Below, in pieces: positions 40,696 to 49,564 of a DNA stretch of 64,000 bases; the first letter of the stretch is position 1; every line of letters starts with the position of its first letter. Below the pieces are notes generated by a model that worked only from the letters and a program-made list of their open reading frames with translations, was not told the DNA's origin and made no database searches. Source of the DNA: an uncultured Phycisphaerales bacterium (GTDB taxonomy: Bacteria > Planctomycetota > B15-G4 > CAYZWU01); the NCBI GenBank assembly GCA_964464495.1, contig CAYXGI010000002.1, positions 115,927 to 179,926 on the forward strand. The letters run 5' to 3'. The translations under genes and the position numbers were made by a program.

Positions 40696-43293
40696 TCAAA
40701 AGTGGGTGTCGTAGTTGCCGGGGGTGAGGCCCTGGAGTACTTTCATTTCTCCCTTGTCGGGGTCGCCGATTTTGACCGTGTACGTGCCGTCGTGGAAGAC
40801 CTTGGGGCGGTAGGTCGTGCCGTTGATTCTCAGGGTATAGACGATCTTGCCGTCGGCCTCGTCGAAGACCTGTACCACCGGGTTGATGAGCCCCTTCACC
40901 ATGATCGTTGGAAGATGTCCGAACACTTTGCGGCCGTAGTTATCCTCCTGCGCGAAAACCACGGGCCATCCCTCATAGGGTTCGGTCCCGCCTGTGATCG
41001 ACGACGGCCAGCGCGGCCAGTTCTCGAGCGAGATGGTGCGATCCTTCTTCCTGAATCGCGCGATGCCGAAACCGGTGGCGCGGTCGTAGAGCTTGGCCGG
41101 TTTCCTTCCGGTGAAGACCGGGTTGGACACGGCGTGGACCGTGATCTTGTTGCCGAATCCGTCGTGAAACTCGCCCGTGTACTTGGGTGCGCCCTCCTTG
41201 CGGTTCGCGCCCGGCTCGGGCGGAAACCAGCGCCGCGGCCAGACATTCGACACCGACGGCACGCAGAGCGCGTAGGCGGCGTCATTCCAATCGTCGACGC
41301 CGTACTGGACGGTGCTGCCCAGATGCTGGTCGCCGGCGAGGTGGACGGCGAAGCCGCGCTGCATGGCGCGCAGCGCGCGGTCGCGGCCCGTCTTGGGCCA
41401 ACCGTTCGAATCGTGATCGCTCACGATCTTGTCGTTCTCGGCGTACTGTCCCGGCTCGAAAATCCGCAGCCGCGGCACAGGCGCGTCGGAGCCCGAGTCA
41501 TCGGGCAAGGTGGCCACGTTGGCAAAGATGGTCTGGGAAAGGACCACCTTCATCCACGCGCCGTGGCTCCAGTCGGCCGCCCAGTGGTCGAGAAAGGCGA
41601 GCTGCCGCTCGCCGAGAAGCTTCGCGTCGGGAACGTCCGAACTCCTGGCCGCGTCGAAATCGGGATTCTGCGACCAGCCGTTGCGGATCTTGCCCTCGGG
41701 GACGACCACCTTGGGCGGCGACTTGAATTTGCGGTCCTCGATCACCGCGAAGCTGATTCCGCCGTAGTTCATGGCGCAGTAGTAAACTCCGATGCCCTGC
41801 TCGACCGGCGTGGGATCGAAGGGATCGGGCAGGTGGCTCGTCTGGGTGCGCTCCACCATCTTCACCCACACAGGCGGCATCTTGTAACCGCCTGAATCCT
41901 GCTGCTCAGCTCCCCCGCCCTTTTTCTGCGTTGCCTTGCCGCCCGCGCCCCAGATGTTGCCGTGGTAGACATCGTGGTCGTCGGGGATCGCCACCGTGGG
42001 CCGGTCGCGCATCATCTCACCGTGCGCCCAGCCGTAGAGATACCACTTTCTCAGGTAATCGAGGATGGCCTTGTCCACAGGCGACCGCTGGCAGCCGAAA
42101 CCGCCCACTCCCTCGTAGATCTGGTCGCCCGAAAAGAAGAGCACGTCGGGATCGTGTTCGAGTACGGCGGCGACCAGGTCGTTGTTGGGAAAACCGAGAT
42201 CATTGTTGCCCGTGAAGACCGCCACAACGATCTCGTCCTTGTCGAGCGGCTCCTTCCTGATCGTACCCGTCCTGAAGTAGGAGACCGGCCCTCTTCGGCC
42301 GCGGAGTTCGTACCAGAGGCGATACGCCCAGGGCCGCGACGCGTCCCATCCCTCGACGCGCAAGGTGGCGGTGCGGGCGCGCTGGTCGATCGGACCGACT
42401 GCCACGGTCTTCCAGTTGCCGTCTCCCTTCTTGTCGACCTGCAAGCTCACAGTCTTCCCGTCTTGCGGCCCCACGGGCGGCATCTGAGCGGTCAATTTCA
42501 GAACGCCTCGGCTCAGAGTGTACTGGCTGAACAGTACCGGTCCAAAAGCCCGCTCATCGTGTCTGTCGACACGACTGCCCGCGATCCGCCAGTCGGCAAA
42601 CCAGGCGCCTTGGGCAGTGTGCCCCTTCGGCTGGTCGATCGGTTTCAGATCGCTGACCAGTGCGAAACCTCCGGCGAGATCAGCCGGATCATGTCCGCGG
42701 CTCACGGCTTCGCCGATGAGCTGGGCGTCTTCGGGATCGAAGGCCGCCACCCTGATCGTGCACGGCCCCTCGGTTCGCTCCGAGATCAGCACCAGTTCGA
42801 CACCGTCAGGATAAGTGGTCGTGAAACGGCCGCCCTTCTCGTCCGCGGGCGGATCGCCGATGAAGAAGGTCCCCGCCGTGGTGAAACCGGCGCGCAGCCC
42901 CTTGCCATGGACGGCGCTGTCACGGTAATCATCGAATTCCCCCTTCACACCGATCATGAAGCCGATCCATCCCTCGAACGACGTTTCGGTCTCATCAATC
43001 GGCAGTCCGACGCGCACGCGCAGAAACAGATCGCCCGGCCGGTCTGCAACCTCCCTCGTCAGGAGAAAGACATTTCTGCTCTGAGCGGCGACAACGCACT
43101 CGAGACGCCCCTCGACCAGTCTCCAGTCCTGCAGGCGATTGGCCCAAAAATCAGGCCCGATCCAGATGCGTTCGAGATCGTCGGGCCATTCGCTCCGGAA
43201 GACGTCAGCCGGCAGCGCGCTGAGGGCGCCACCGATGAACAACAAAGAGGAGAGGATCAAGAAGAGGCAGAGTAAGACTCTCTGACGTTTCAT
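40696..43293 (-). CDS. PhoD-like phosphatase / calcineurin-like metallophosphoesterase (865 aa). Signal peptide.
   Basis: VAVFTGNNDLGFPNN...VLFFSGDQIYEG is a PhoD-like metallophosphatase pattern. The start is chosen at the ATG of MKRQRVLLCLF (43293) with GGAAGGA upstream. It overlaps the sulfatase gene stop by 4 bp. Confidence 0.7.
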   Translation of the reverse strand: MKRQRVLLCLFLILSSLLFIGGALSALPADVFRSEWPDDLERIWIGPDFWANRLQDWRLVEGRLECVVAAQSRNVFLLTREVADRPGDLFLRVRVGLPIDETETSFEGWIGFMIGVKGEFDDYRDSAVHGKGLRAGFTTAGTFFIGDPPADEKGGRFTTTYPDGVELVLISERTEGPCTIRVAAFDPEDAQLIGEAVSRGHDPADLAGGFALVSDLKPIDQPKGHTAQGAWFADWRIAGSRVDRHDERAFGPVLFSQYTLSRGVLKLTAQMPPVGPQDGKTVSLQVDKKGDGNWKTVAVGPIDQRARTATLRVEGWDASRPWAYRLWYELRGRRGPVSYFRTGTIRKEPLDKDEIVVAVFTGNNDLGFPNNDLVAAVLEHDPDVLFFSGDQIYEGVGGFGCQRSPVDKAILDYLRKWYLYGWAHGEMMRDRPTVAIPDDHDVYHGNIWGAGGKATQKKGGGAEQQDSGGYKMPPVWVKMVERTQTSHLPDPFDPTPVEQGIGVYYCAMNYGGISFAVIEDRKFKSPPKVVVPEGKIRNGWSQNPDFDAARSSDVPDAKLLGERQLAFLDHWAADWSHGAWMKVVLSQTIFANVATLPDDSGSDAPVPRLRIFEPGQYAENDKIVSDHDSNGWPKTGRDRALRAMQRGFAVHLAGDQHLGSTVQYGVDDWNDAAYALCVPSVSNVWPRRWFPPEPGANRKEGAPKYTGEFHDGFGNKITVHAVSNPVFTGRKPAKLYDRATGFGIARFRKKDRTISLENWPRWPSSITGGTEPYEGWPVVFAQEDNYGRKVFGHLPTIMVKGLINPVVQVFDEADGKIVYTLRINGTTYRPKVFHDGTYTVKIGDPDKGEMKVLQGLTPGNYDTHF

Positions 43294-44735
43294 TTTTTTT
43301 CCTTCCCGAAAGCGGGATTGGGCAACGACGGAATGGGAGCGTCCACATCCCGTTGCCACCTGTGAAGGAGATCTCTCAATTCCTTCGCTTTTTGCGGCCG
43401 TGCGTCGGCGAGGTCCGTGGCCTCTCCGATGTCGTCGGCCAGATTGTAGAGTTCGACGCGACCGTCCTCGAAGAATTCGATCAGCTTCCAGTCCCCTTGC
43501 CGCACGACCCCGGCTGGAGTCGTGCGCCAGGGAGTCTTCATACCGCGATAAGCTTCGAGGTATGCGGGAAAGTGCCAGAAGATCGCGTCACGTTCGAGAC
43601 GTCCCGACTCATCGATCAACGGCACCAGGCTCTCCCCGTCGAGGAGATGAGCGTCCGGCCTGGACGCCCCGGCGAGGGCGAGCATGGTGGGGTAGAAATC
43701 GATCCCGATCACCGGCGTATGACATTCGCTGCCAGCCCGCACGCGGCCCGGCCAGCGCACGACCATCGGTTCGCGGATACCGCCCTCGTAGAGCATGCCC
43801 TTCGAACCCCGAAGCGGCGCGGCCGAGGAGATCGCACCGTGAGGACCGTTGTCGGAAAAGAAGACTATCATCGTGTCCTCGGCCAGGCCGAGAGTTTCGA
43901 GCCTCTCCACGATCCGGCCCACGCTCCGGTCGACGCTCTCGATCATTGCCGCGTACTTGGGATTGTCGTTGTCGTGCCCCCCCACGCCCTCCTTGGCCGC
44001 ATAGCGGGCGGCGGCATCGTCGCGCGCCTGGATCGGAGTGTGTACGGCAAAATGAGAGAGGTACAAGAAGAAAGGCCGATCCCGGTGACCGTCGATAAAG
44101 CCGAGCGCCTCGTCGGTCAGCCGTTCGGTCAGCGATTCGCCCTCCGGGCCATCTTCGAGATCGCTGTTCTTGTAGGGACTGAAGTAACTCTTGGGATGCC
44201 CCGACTGGTTGCCGCCCACGTTGAGATCGAACCCCTGGCCGAGCGGTCCCGTTTCGGGATCGCGGCCGAGGTGCCATTTTCCGATCGCGGCGCTCCGGTA
44301 GCCCGCCGGCCGGAGCGCCTCGGCGATCGTGGTCACGTCGGCGCTGAGGATTTTCCTGTTCTCCACGGGGATCAGCTTGCGATTCTTTGACTTGCCCCGC
44401 GCCGAGCTGTTCACCGTGTAGATCCCGTGGCGCGGCGTGTACTGTCCCGACAGGAGGCACGCGCGGGTGGGCGCGCAGTTGGGTGCGTTGGCATAGGCAT
44501 TGGTGAACACCATCCCCTCGCGGGCGAGTCGATCGACGCAGGGCGTCTCGTAGTAGGCGCTCCCCATGAATCCCAGATTGGTCCAGCCGAGATCGTCGAC
44601 GAGAATGAAGATGAAGTTCGGTTTCCGTCGGTCATTGCCAAAGCCGGGCAACGATGAGCACCCGCTGAGCGCCACGCCTGCAGTTCGCCAACCGACTCTC
44701 CTCAAGAATTCACGACGTTTCACCCGAACCTCCAC
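43290..44735 (-). CDS. Cys-type sulfatase (arylsulfatase A-like). Tat-like signal.
   Basis: RREFLRRVGWRTAGVAL is a Tat-like signal. NFIFILVDDLGW...CAPTRACLLSGQYTPRHG is the CxPxR motif. Confidence 0.85.
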   Translation of the reverse strand: MEVRVKRREFLRRVGWRTAGVALSGCSSLPGFGNDRRKPNFIFILVDDLGWTNLGFMGSAYYETPCVDRLAREGMVFTNAYANAPNCAPTRACLLSGQYTPRHGIYTVNSSARGKSKNRKLIPVENRKILSADVTTIAEALRPAGYRSAAIGKWHLGRDPETGPLGQGFDLNVGGNQSGHPKSYFSPYKNSDLEDGPEGESLTERLTDEALGFIDGHRDRPFFLYLSHFAVHTPIQARDDAAARYAAKEGVGGHDNDNPKYAAMIESVDRSVGRIVERLETLGLAEDTMIVFFSDNGPHGAISSAAPLRGSKGMLYEGGIREPMVVRWPGRVRAGSECHTPVIGIDFYPTMLALAGASRPDAHLLDGESLVPLIDESGRLERDAIFWHFPAYLEAYRGMKTPWRTTPAGVVRQGDWKLIEFFEDGRVELYNLADDIGEATDLADARPQKAKELRDLLHRWQRDVDAPIPSLPNPAFGKEKK

Positions 44736-44921
44736 CCGGAAAGAGGACTGATCTCATTGAGGAACATCGCCGGCGGTTTGTGCCCCTTGCGATGTAACCG
44801 CCCACGGTGCGGTAAATTGAATCGAACTTGACCGCACCCGCGCTTTGGAACACAATCCTACAAACTCAGGCCTTCCGGCCAAAGTATTTCCAATATTCGA
44901 GTGACAAACGAAGGGCCCGTC

Positions 44922-46772
44922 ATGCAGCTCACTTCTCTCGACTGGATCGTCATCGCTGTTTGCCTTGCCGTTGCTTTCGCGCCCGCCGTCTTTTTCGCGC
45001 GGCGCGCCGGAAAGGGAACGGCCGAGTTCTTCGCGTCGGGCCGCGCCGCGCCGTGGTGGCTGATCGGAACGTCGATGGTGGCGACCACCTTCAGCACCGA
45101 TACGCCCAACCTGGTCACCAACTTCGTGCGCACCAACGGTGTCTCCTACAACTGGGTCTGGTGGGCGTTCCTGCTCACCGGCATGATGACCGTATTTTTC
45201 TATGCCCGGCTCTGGCGCCGCTCCGGGGTGCTCACCGATCTCGAGTTCTACGAACTGCGCTACTCGGACAAGCCAGCCGCCTTCGTGCGCGGCTTCCGGG
45301 CGGTCTATCTCGGCCTCTTCTTCAACTGTTTCATCATGGCATCGGTGACCCTCGCCGCGGTCAAGATCGCCAATGTGATGCTCGGCTGGGATCGACTCCA
45401 GACCGTCCTCGTATGCGGCAGCATCTGCATCGTCTTCTCGGCCATGTCGGGGCTCTGGGGCGTGCTCGCCTCGGACATCATCCAGTTCGTCATCGCCATG
45501 GTGGGTGTTTTCGTCGCGGTCTACTTTGCGCTTGATCACGATTCGGTCGGCGGCCTGTCAGGCATGATCGAGAAGATCGATGTCAAGACTCTCAGCATAC
45601 TGCCTGATTTCGACAACTGGGAAATAACCCTGACCGTTCTGATCATCCCCCTCGCCGTGCAGTGGTGGTCGGTCTGGTACCCGGGCGCCGAGCCGGGCGG
45701 CGGCAGCTACATCGCCCAGCGCATGCTGGCCGCCAAGGACGAGAAGCACGCCATGGGCGCCACCCTCTGGTTCAATATCGCCCACTACGCGCTGCGGCCC
45801 TGGCCGTGGATCATCGTGGCTCTCTGCTCGATCCTCGTCTTTCCCGAGCTGACCGACATCCAGAAGACCCTCCCCCATGTGAGCGATGACCTGATCGGCG
45901 ACGACCTCGCCTATCCGGCCATGCTCACCCTTCTGCCCCACGGCCTGCTCGGCCTGCTCGTCGCCTCCCTGCTCTCGGCCTACGTGTCGACCATGTCGAC
46001 CCATCTCAACTGGGGGGCGTCCTACCTGGTGAACGATTTCTACCGCCGTTTTCTCCGAGGCGACGGGACGGAGCGCCATTATGTCTGGGTGTCGCGCCTG
46101 GTGACGGCCGGGCTCATGGTGGTGGCGGGAAGCGTGATGTTCGTTCTCGACACGGCCAAGGACGCCTTTGAATTGATGATCTCCATCGGTGCGGGCACGG
46201 GCGCGATCTACCTTCTCCGGTGGTTCTGGTGGCGGATCAATGCGTGGAGCGAGATCGCCGCCATGATCTCCTCTTTTGTCATCTCCATGGGTTTCTTCTG
46301 GTACAACAAGACCCTCCTGTCCAGCGGACCGGGACCGCTGGGCGACTGCTTGAACGACTGCGGCCTTTTGAGGCTGTCGAGTGAGGGTGTTGTCCAGGGC
46401 GTCAAGTTACATATCTCGCTGATCTCCACCGTCCTCGTCACCACCGCGGTCTGGATCGTGGTCACCTTCGTGACCCGTCCCGCGAACCGCGAGACGTTGC
46501 TCAGGTTCTGCCGACTCGTCAAGCCCGCCGGTCCGGGATGGCGCGCGATCCGCAAGGAGGCCGGTGTCGAAGCTTCTCCCGACAGTCTTCCCCAGGCCTT
46601 TCTGGGATGGGCGCTCGGATGCGTGCTCGTCTATTCGGCTCTCTTCGGCACGGGATGTTTCATTTACGGCCACAAGGCGCAGGGCGCGGTTTGCGCCGTA
46701 CTGGTTGTCGCGAGTAGCCTCTGGCTCTGGCGGTTGCTGACTGCCATGTGGCGTGAGAAGCCGGCTGAATAG
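44922..46772 (+). CDS. Sodium:solute symporter family (SSS/SLC5-like) transporter.
   Basis: About 14 TM helices. ...GRAAPWWLIGTSMVATTFSTDT... is an SSS N-terminal pattern. The ORF track starts at GTG 44901. The ATG at 44922 has GAAGGG 7 nt upstream. Confidence 0.75.
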   Translation: MQLTSLDWIVIAVCLAVAFAPAVFFARRAGKGTAEFFASGRAAPWWLIGTSMVATTFSTDTPNLVTNFVRTNGVSYNWVWWAFLLTGMMTVFFYARLWRRSGVLTDLEFYELRYSDKPAAFVRGFRAVYLGLFFNCFIMASVTLAAVKIANVMLGWDRLQTVLVCGSICIVFSAMSGLWGVLASDIIQFVIAMVGVFVAVYFALDHDSVGGLSGMIEKIDVKTLSILPDFDNWEITLTVLIIPLAVQWWSVWYPGAEPGGGSYIAQRMLAAKDEKHAMGATLWFNIAHYALRPWPWIIVALCSILVFPELTDIQKTLPHVSDDLIGDDLAYPAMLTLLPHGLLGLLVASLLSAYVSTMSTHLNWGASYLVNDFYRRFLRGDGTERHYVWVSRLVTAGLMVVAGSVMFVLDTAKDAFELMISIGAGTGAIYLLRWFWWRINAWSEIAAMISSFVISMGFFWYNKTLLSSGPGPLGDCLNDCGLLRLSSEGVVQGVKLHISLISTVLVTTAVWIVVTFVTRPANRETLLRFCRLVKPAGPGWRAIRKEAGVEASPDSLPQAFLGWALGCVLVYSALFGTGCFIYGHKAQGAVCAVLVVASSLWLWRLLTAMWREKPAE

Positions 46773-46810
46773 AAATCGTTCCAACCAACTGCGACAGACT
46801 CACAGGCGGT

Positions 46811-46845
46811 AAAAAAAACGCACCCGACCCTTCGGCCAGGTGCGC
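46811..46845 (-). terminator. Rho-independent terminator for the S41-peptidase/MarR-GNAT transcription unit: GC-rich hairpin plus U8 on the minus strand.
   Basis: Minus-strand RNA reads ...GCGCACCUGGCCGAAGGGUCGGGUGCG UUUUUUUU. The stem is CGCACC/GGUGCG. It sits between convergent genes. Confidence 0.6.
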
Positions 46846-46894
46846 GCTGAACGTGTCCCCCGTTTGCAAACACGTCAGTTTGATGATCTTGTGA

Positions 46895-48295
46895 TCAACC
46901 GCCGGTGCGCTCGTTGGTGTCGGTGAAGCCGTTGTCGTAAAGACCGACGAGCTTGGTCACCTTGCCCGAGGAGTCCCGCACGAACTGGATCCTGAAATAC
47001 TCGAGGCCATTAAGGCCAAAGAGGTCGTCGCCCATGGGCAAAAGCTCGAACTCGGGCCGGTCATCGCGACTGTAGAAGAGACTCCCTTTCTCCAACCTGA
47101 TCGCGCGCGGGCCGAAAACACCAACGTAGGGTTTGAGTTTCGACTCGCTGAGCACGACCGGATTGCGCACGGCGTCGAGCGTTTTCATCGCCCACTCCAA
47201 CTGCTTTCTTTTCCCCTCGTCGGTGGTCGTGTCGACGAGGATTTTCATCGCCTCGAGCCGGGCCGCGTCGAGAGCATCGTCGGCGGGGACCTTGATGTGC
47301 GGAGCGATTCCGGTCCCCTCCCAGTTGGTCTGAGTGATCGGATTGATCGCCCGGCCGTAGGGGAGGGACATTTCCACCTCGTACTCGTCGATTCGCCGGA
47401 ACTCGATAGGATGGGCGCCCCCGCCGGTTGTCTCGCCCACGATGGTGGCGCGCTCCATGTTCTTGAGGTTGTAGGTAAATTCCTCGGCCGCCGAGAAGGT
47501 GTACCGGCTCGTCAAGACAAAGACGGGAAGATCGGTGAGTCGTGGCCCCGCCACCTGGGCCTGTGTCCAGAACTGGCGCGTCTTGTCGGTCTTGCGGATA
47601 TAAAAGCTGTTCAGATGCTGGACCTCGTCGAAGAGATAGCTGGAGATGAGCTGGATCATCGTTGGTGACCCTCCCCCGTTCTGGCGCAGATCGAAGATGA
47701 GAGCGTCGCAGTTGGAGAGGAAATTGAGCGCGGCGATCGCCGTCTCCCCCGCCTCGGATGCGTCGGCGAACATGCGGAGATCGATGTAGCCGATGTTGCC
47801 GTCGAGCCGTTCGATCTTCTGAAAGCCGAAGTTCTGGTAGCGCTGCTCGGCGAGCCTCTGCGCGCGCCGTTCGTCGGGCGACAGTCCTTCATCCCCGTCT
47901 TCGGGAACGTCGGAGGCTGGCATGACGCGCAGATGCTTGTCCTTGCAGATCGACCGCAAATCCTTGGTGAGCATCTCGGTGAATGCCATGAGGCTGGTGA
48001 TGTGATCGTAAGCCCCCTCCTTGAGCTTGAGGGTGACCAGTTCGTCCATATCGGCGGCCTTGTCGGGAAAGATGTAGACCTCGTTGAGTGCCTCCGTGAC
48101 CGCTTCGACGATCCCGGCCCGTGCCGCGGCATCGACGGTCCGCTCGTCGCTGCCGACGACGACCCGTCTCTGAGCGTGTGCCGTCGAGCCGAGAAGAGCC
48201 GCGAACAGAAGGCCGAAAACGACCACTTGCAGAGCTCTTCGCGAGAGGAGTTGAGAGACAAAAGTCTTTTGCCGAGAGTTCTTCTGAGTTTTCAT
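46895..48295 (-). CDS. S41-family peptidase (C-terminal processing protease-like). Signal peptide.
   Basis: IFDLRQNGGGSPTM is the S41 catalytic-domain signature. It is secreted. Confidence 0.75.
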   Translation of the reverse strand: MKTQKNSRQKTFVSQLLSRRALQVVVFGLLFAALLGSTAHAQRRVVVGSDERTVDAAARAGIVEAVTEALNEVYIFPDKAADMDELVTLKLKEGAYDHITSLMAFTEMLTKDLRSICKDKHLRVMPASDVPEDGDEGLSPDERRAQRLAEQRYQNFGFQKIERLDGNIGYIDLRMFADASEAGETAIAALNFLSNCDALIFDLRQNGGGSPTMIQLISSYLFDEVQHLNSFYIRKTDKTRQFWTQAQVAGPRLTDLPVFVLTSRYTFSAAEEFTYNLKNMERATIVGETTGGGAHPIEFRRIDEYEVEMSLPYGRAINPITQTNWEGTGIAPHIKVPADDALDAARLEAMKILVDTTTDEGKRKQLEWAMKTLDAVRNPVVLSESKLKPYVGVFGPRAIRLEKGSLFYSRDDRPEFELLPMGDDLFGLNGLEYFRIQFVRDSSGKVTKLVGLYDNGFTDTNERTGG

Positions 48296-49359
48296 GATTC
48301 GCTTCTCCTGTTCCTGATGATCGCGTCTATCTTCTTGGGCGCCAGTTTCATGACAAAGGTTTCACGGCGAAAGGCGTCGCTGTCGAAGGGGCTCTTCGAG
48401 CATTTCCGGAAACCGAGTTTCCTGTAGAGCTTGTTCGCCGCGACCAGCTTGGGGCTGGTCTGGAGATAGAGTGCCCGAGCGCCGAAAGCCCTGGCACGCT
48501 CGATCATGGCGTGGGCCAGCTCCGTGCCGATTTGGTGGCGGCGCGCCTCGGGCGCCACCGCCATCTTGGCCATTTCGAAGAGGTTCGCACCATGCCGGAT
48601 GAGAGCGCAGACACCGACGATCCGACCGTCGAGGCGGGCGCAGAGGATCGCACCGCCCCGATCGACGATGGTCCCCTTCGGATCGGCCAGAACACATTCG
48701 TCAGCCTCCTCGATAACAAAGGACTCTTCGATCCATGCGCGGTTGAGGCTGACGAAGTGCTTTTTCCAGGCCGGCCTGTAGTCGACGACCCGGGCAGTAC
48801 CGCTCACGGTTGACTCCGCTCGCGCAGCGGTCGGTTTGTGCAGCCTGGCCGTGACACGGGCGTACATGTCCTGCTTGTCGAGAAGTTTTTCGACGCGATC
48901 GAGTCCCGAAAGCAGATCCTGCCCCGACGATTCGATGAGGAGCTTCGTGGCGGCGCCGATCTCATTCCATACAGGCGCCAGCACAGCGGCGATCCGCTTG
49001 CCCTTGGCCGAGAGACGGAGCAGGCGCTTGCGTTCGTCCTGCCGGCTCTTTGCGGCGAGAAGGAGCTTATTCTCGATCATCTCACCGGCGAGCTGGTTGA
49101 CTGCCGGATGGGTCAGGCGGAGTGACTGGGCGAGGGCGGTGACCGACTGGGGAGCGCCCTTTTTCAACGCGAAGAGAATCGAGAACCAGCGCGCCTCGAA
49201 ATCGACGTCGAGATCCTTGTACACGCGCGACACGTCTTTCATCAATCTCTCGCTCAGCCGTTTCAGGCGGCTCGCGAAGGCGAGCTCTCCCAGTTCGCTG
49301 ATCGTGTCCACTGCTGCTTCCTTCCGATTCAAGGAGTGGGCTTTTCGACAATCTATCAA
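48292..49359 (-). CDS. MarR-family transcriptional regulator fused to a GNAT N-acetyltransferase domain.
   Basis: The N-terminal winged-helix reads ...SVTALAQSLRLTHPAVNQLAGEMIENKLL.... The C-terminal GNAT reads ...RIVGVCALIRHG...LYLQTSPKLVAANKLYRKLGF. There is a 4-bp overlap with the downstream S41 gene. Confidence 0.75.
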   Translation of the reverse strand: MIDCRKAHSLNRKEAAVDTISELGELAFASRLKRLSERLMKDVSRVYKDLDVDFEARWFSILFALKKGAPQSVTALAQSLRLTHPAVNQLAGEMIENKLLLAAKSRQDERKRLLRLSAKGKRIAAVLAPVWNEIGAATKLLIESSGQDLLSGLDRVEKLLDKQDMYARVTARLHKPTAARAESTVSGTARVVDYRPAWKKHFVSLNRAWIEESFVIEEADECVLADPKGTIVDRGGAILCARLDGRIVGVCALIRHGANLFEMAKMAVAPEARRHQIGTELAHAMIERARAFGARALYLQTSPKLVAANKLYRKLGFRKCSKSPFDSDAFRRETFVMKLAPKKIDAIIRNRRSES

Positions 49360-49564
49360 CTCTATACGTGAAATTTACGTAAGCGCTTACCTTTTATTTA
49401 AAATTATTGAGATTCCGTCGCAGGGACCGCTCGCTGAGCGGGGGCATTGCGAGTCGGCGGAAAGATGATAAGATTCAACTTTTGCGCCCTTGGAACCAGA
49501 GATTGGTCTCGCCCCCCCGATCAGCGCGGGCAGGGACCTGTCGAATCCCGAACGAGGTCACACG

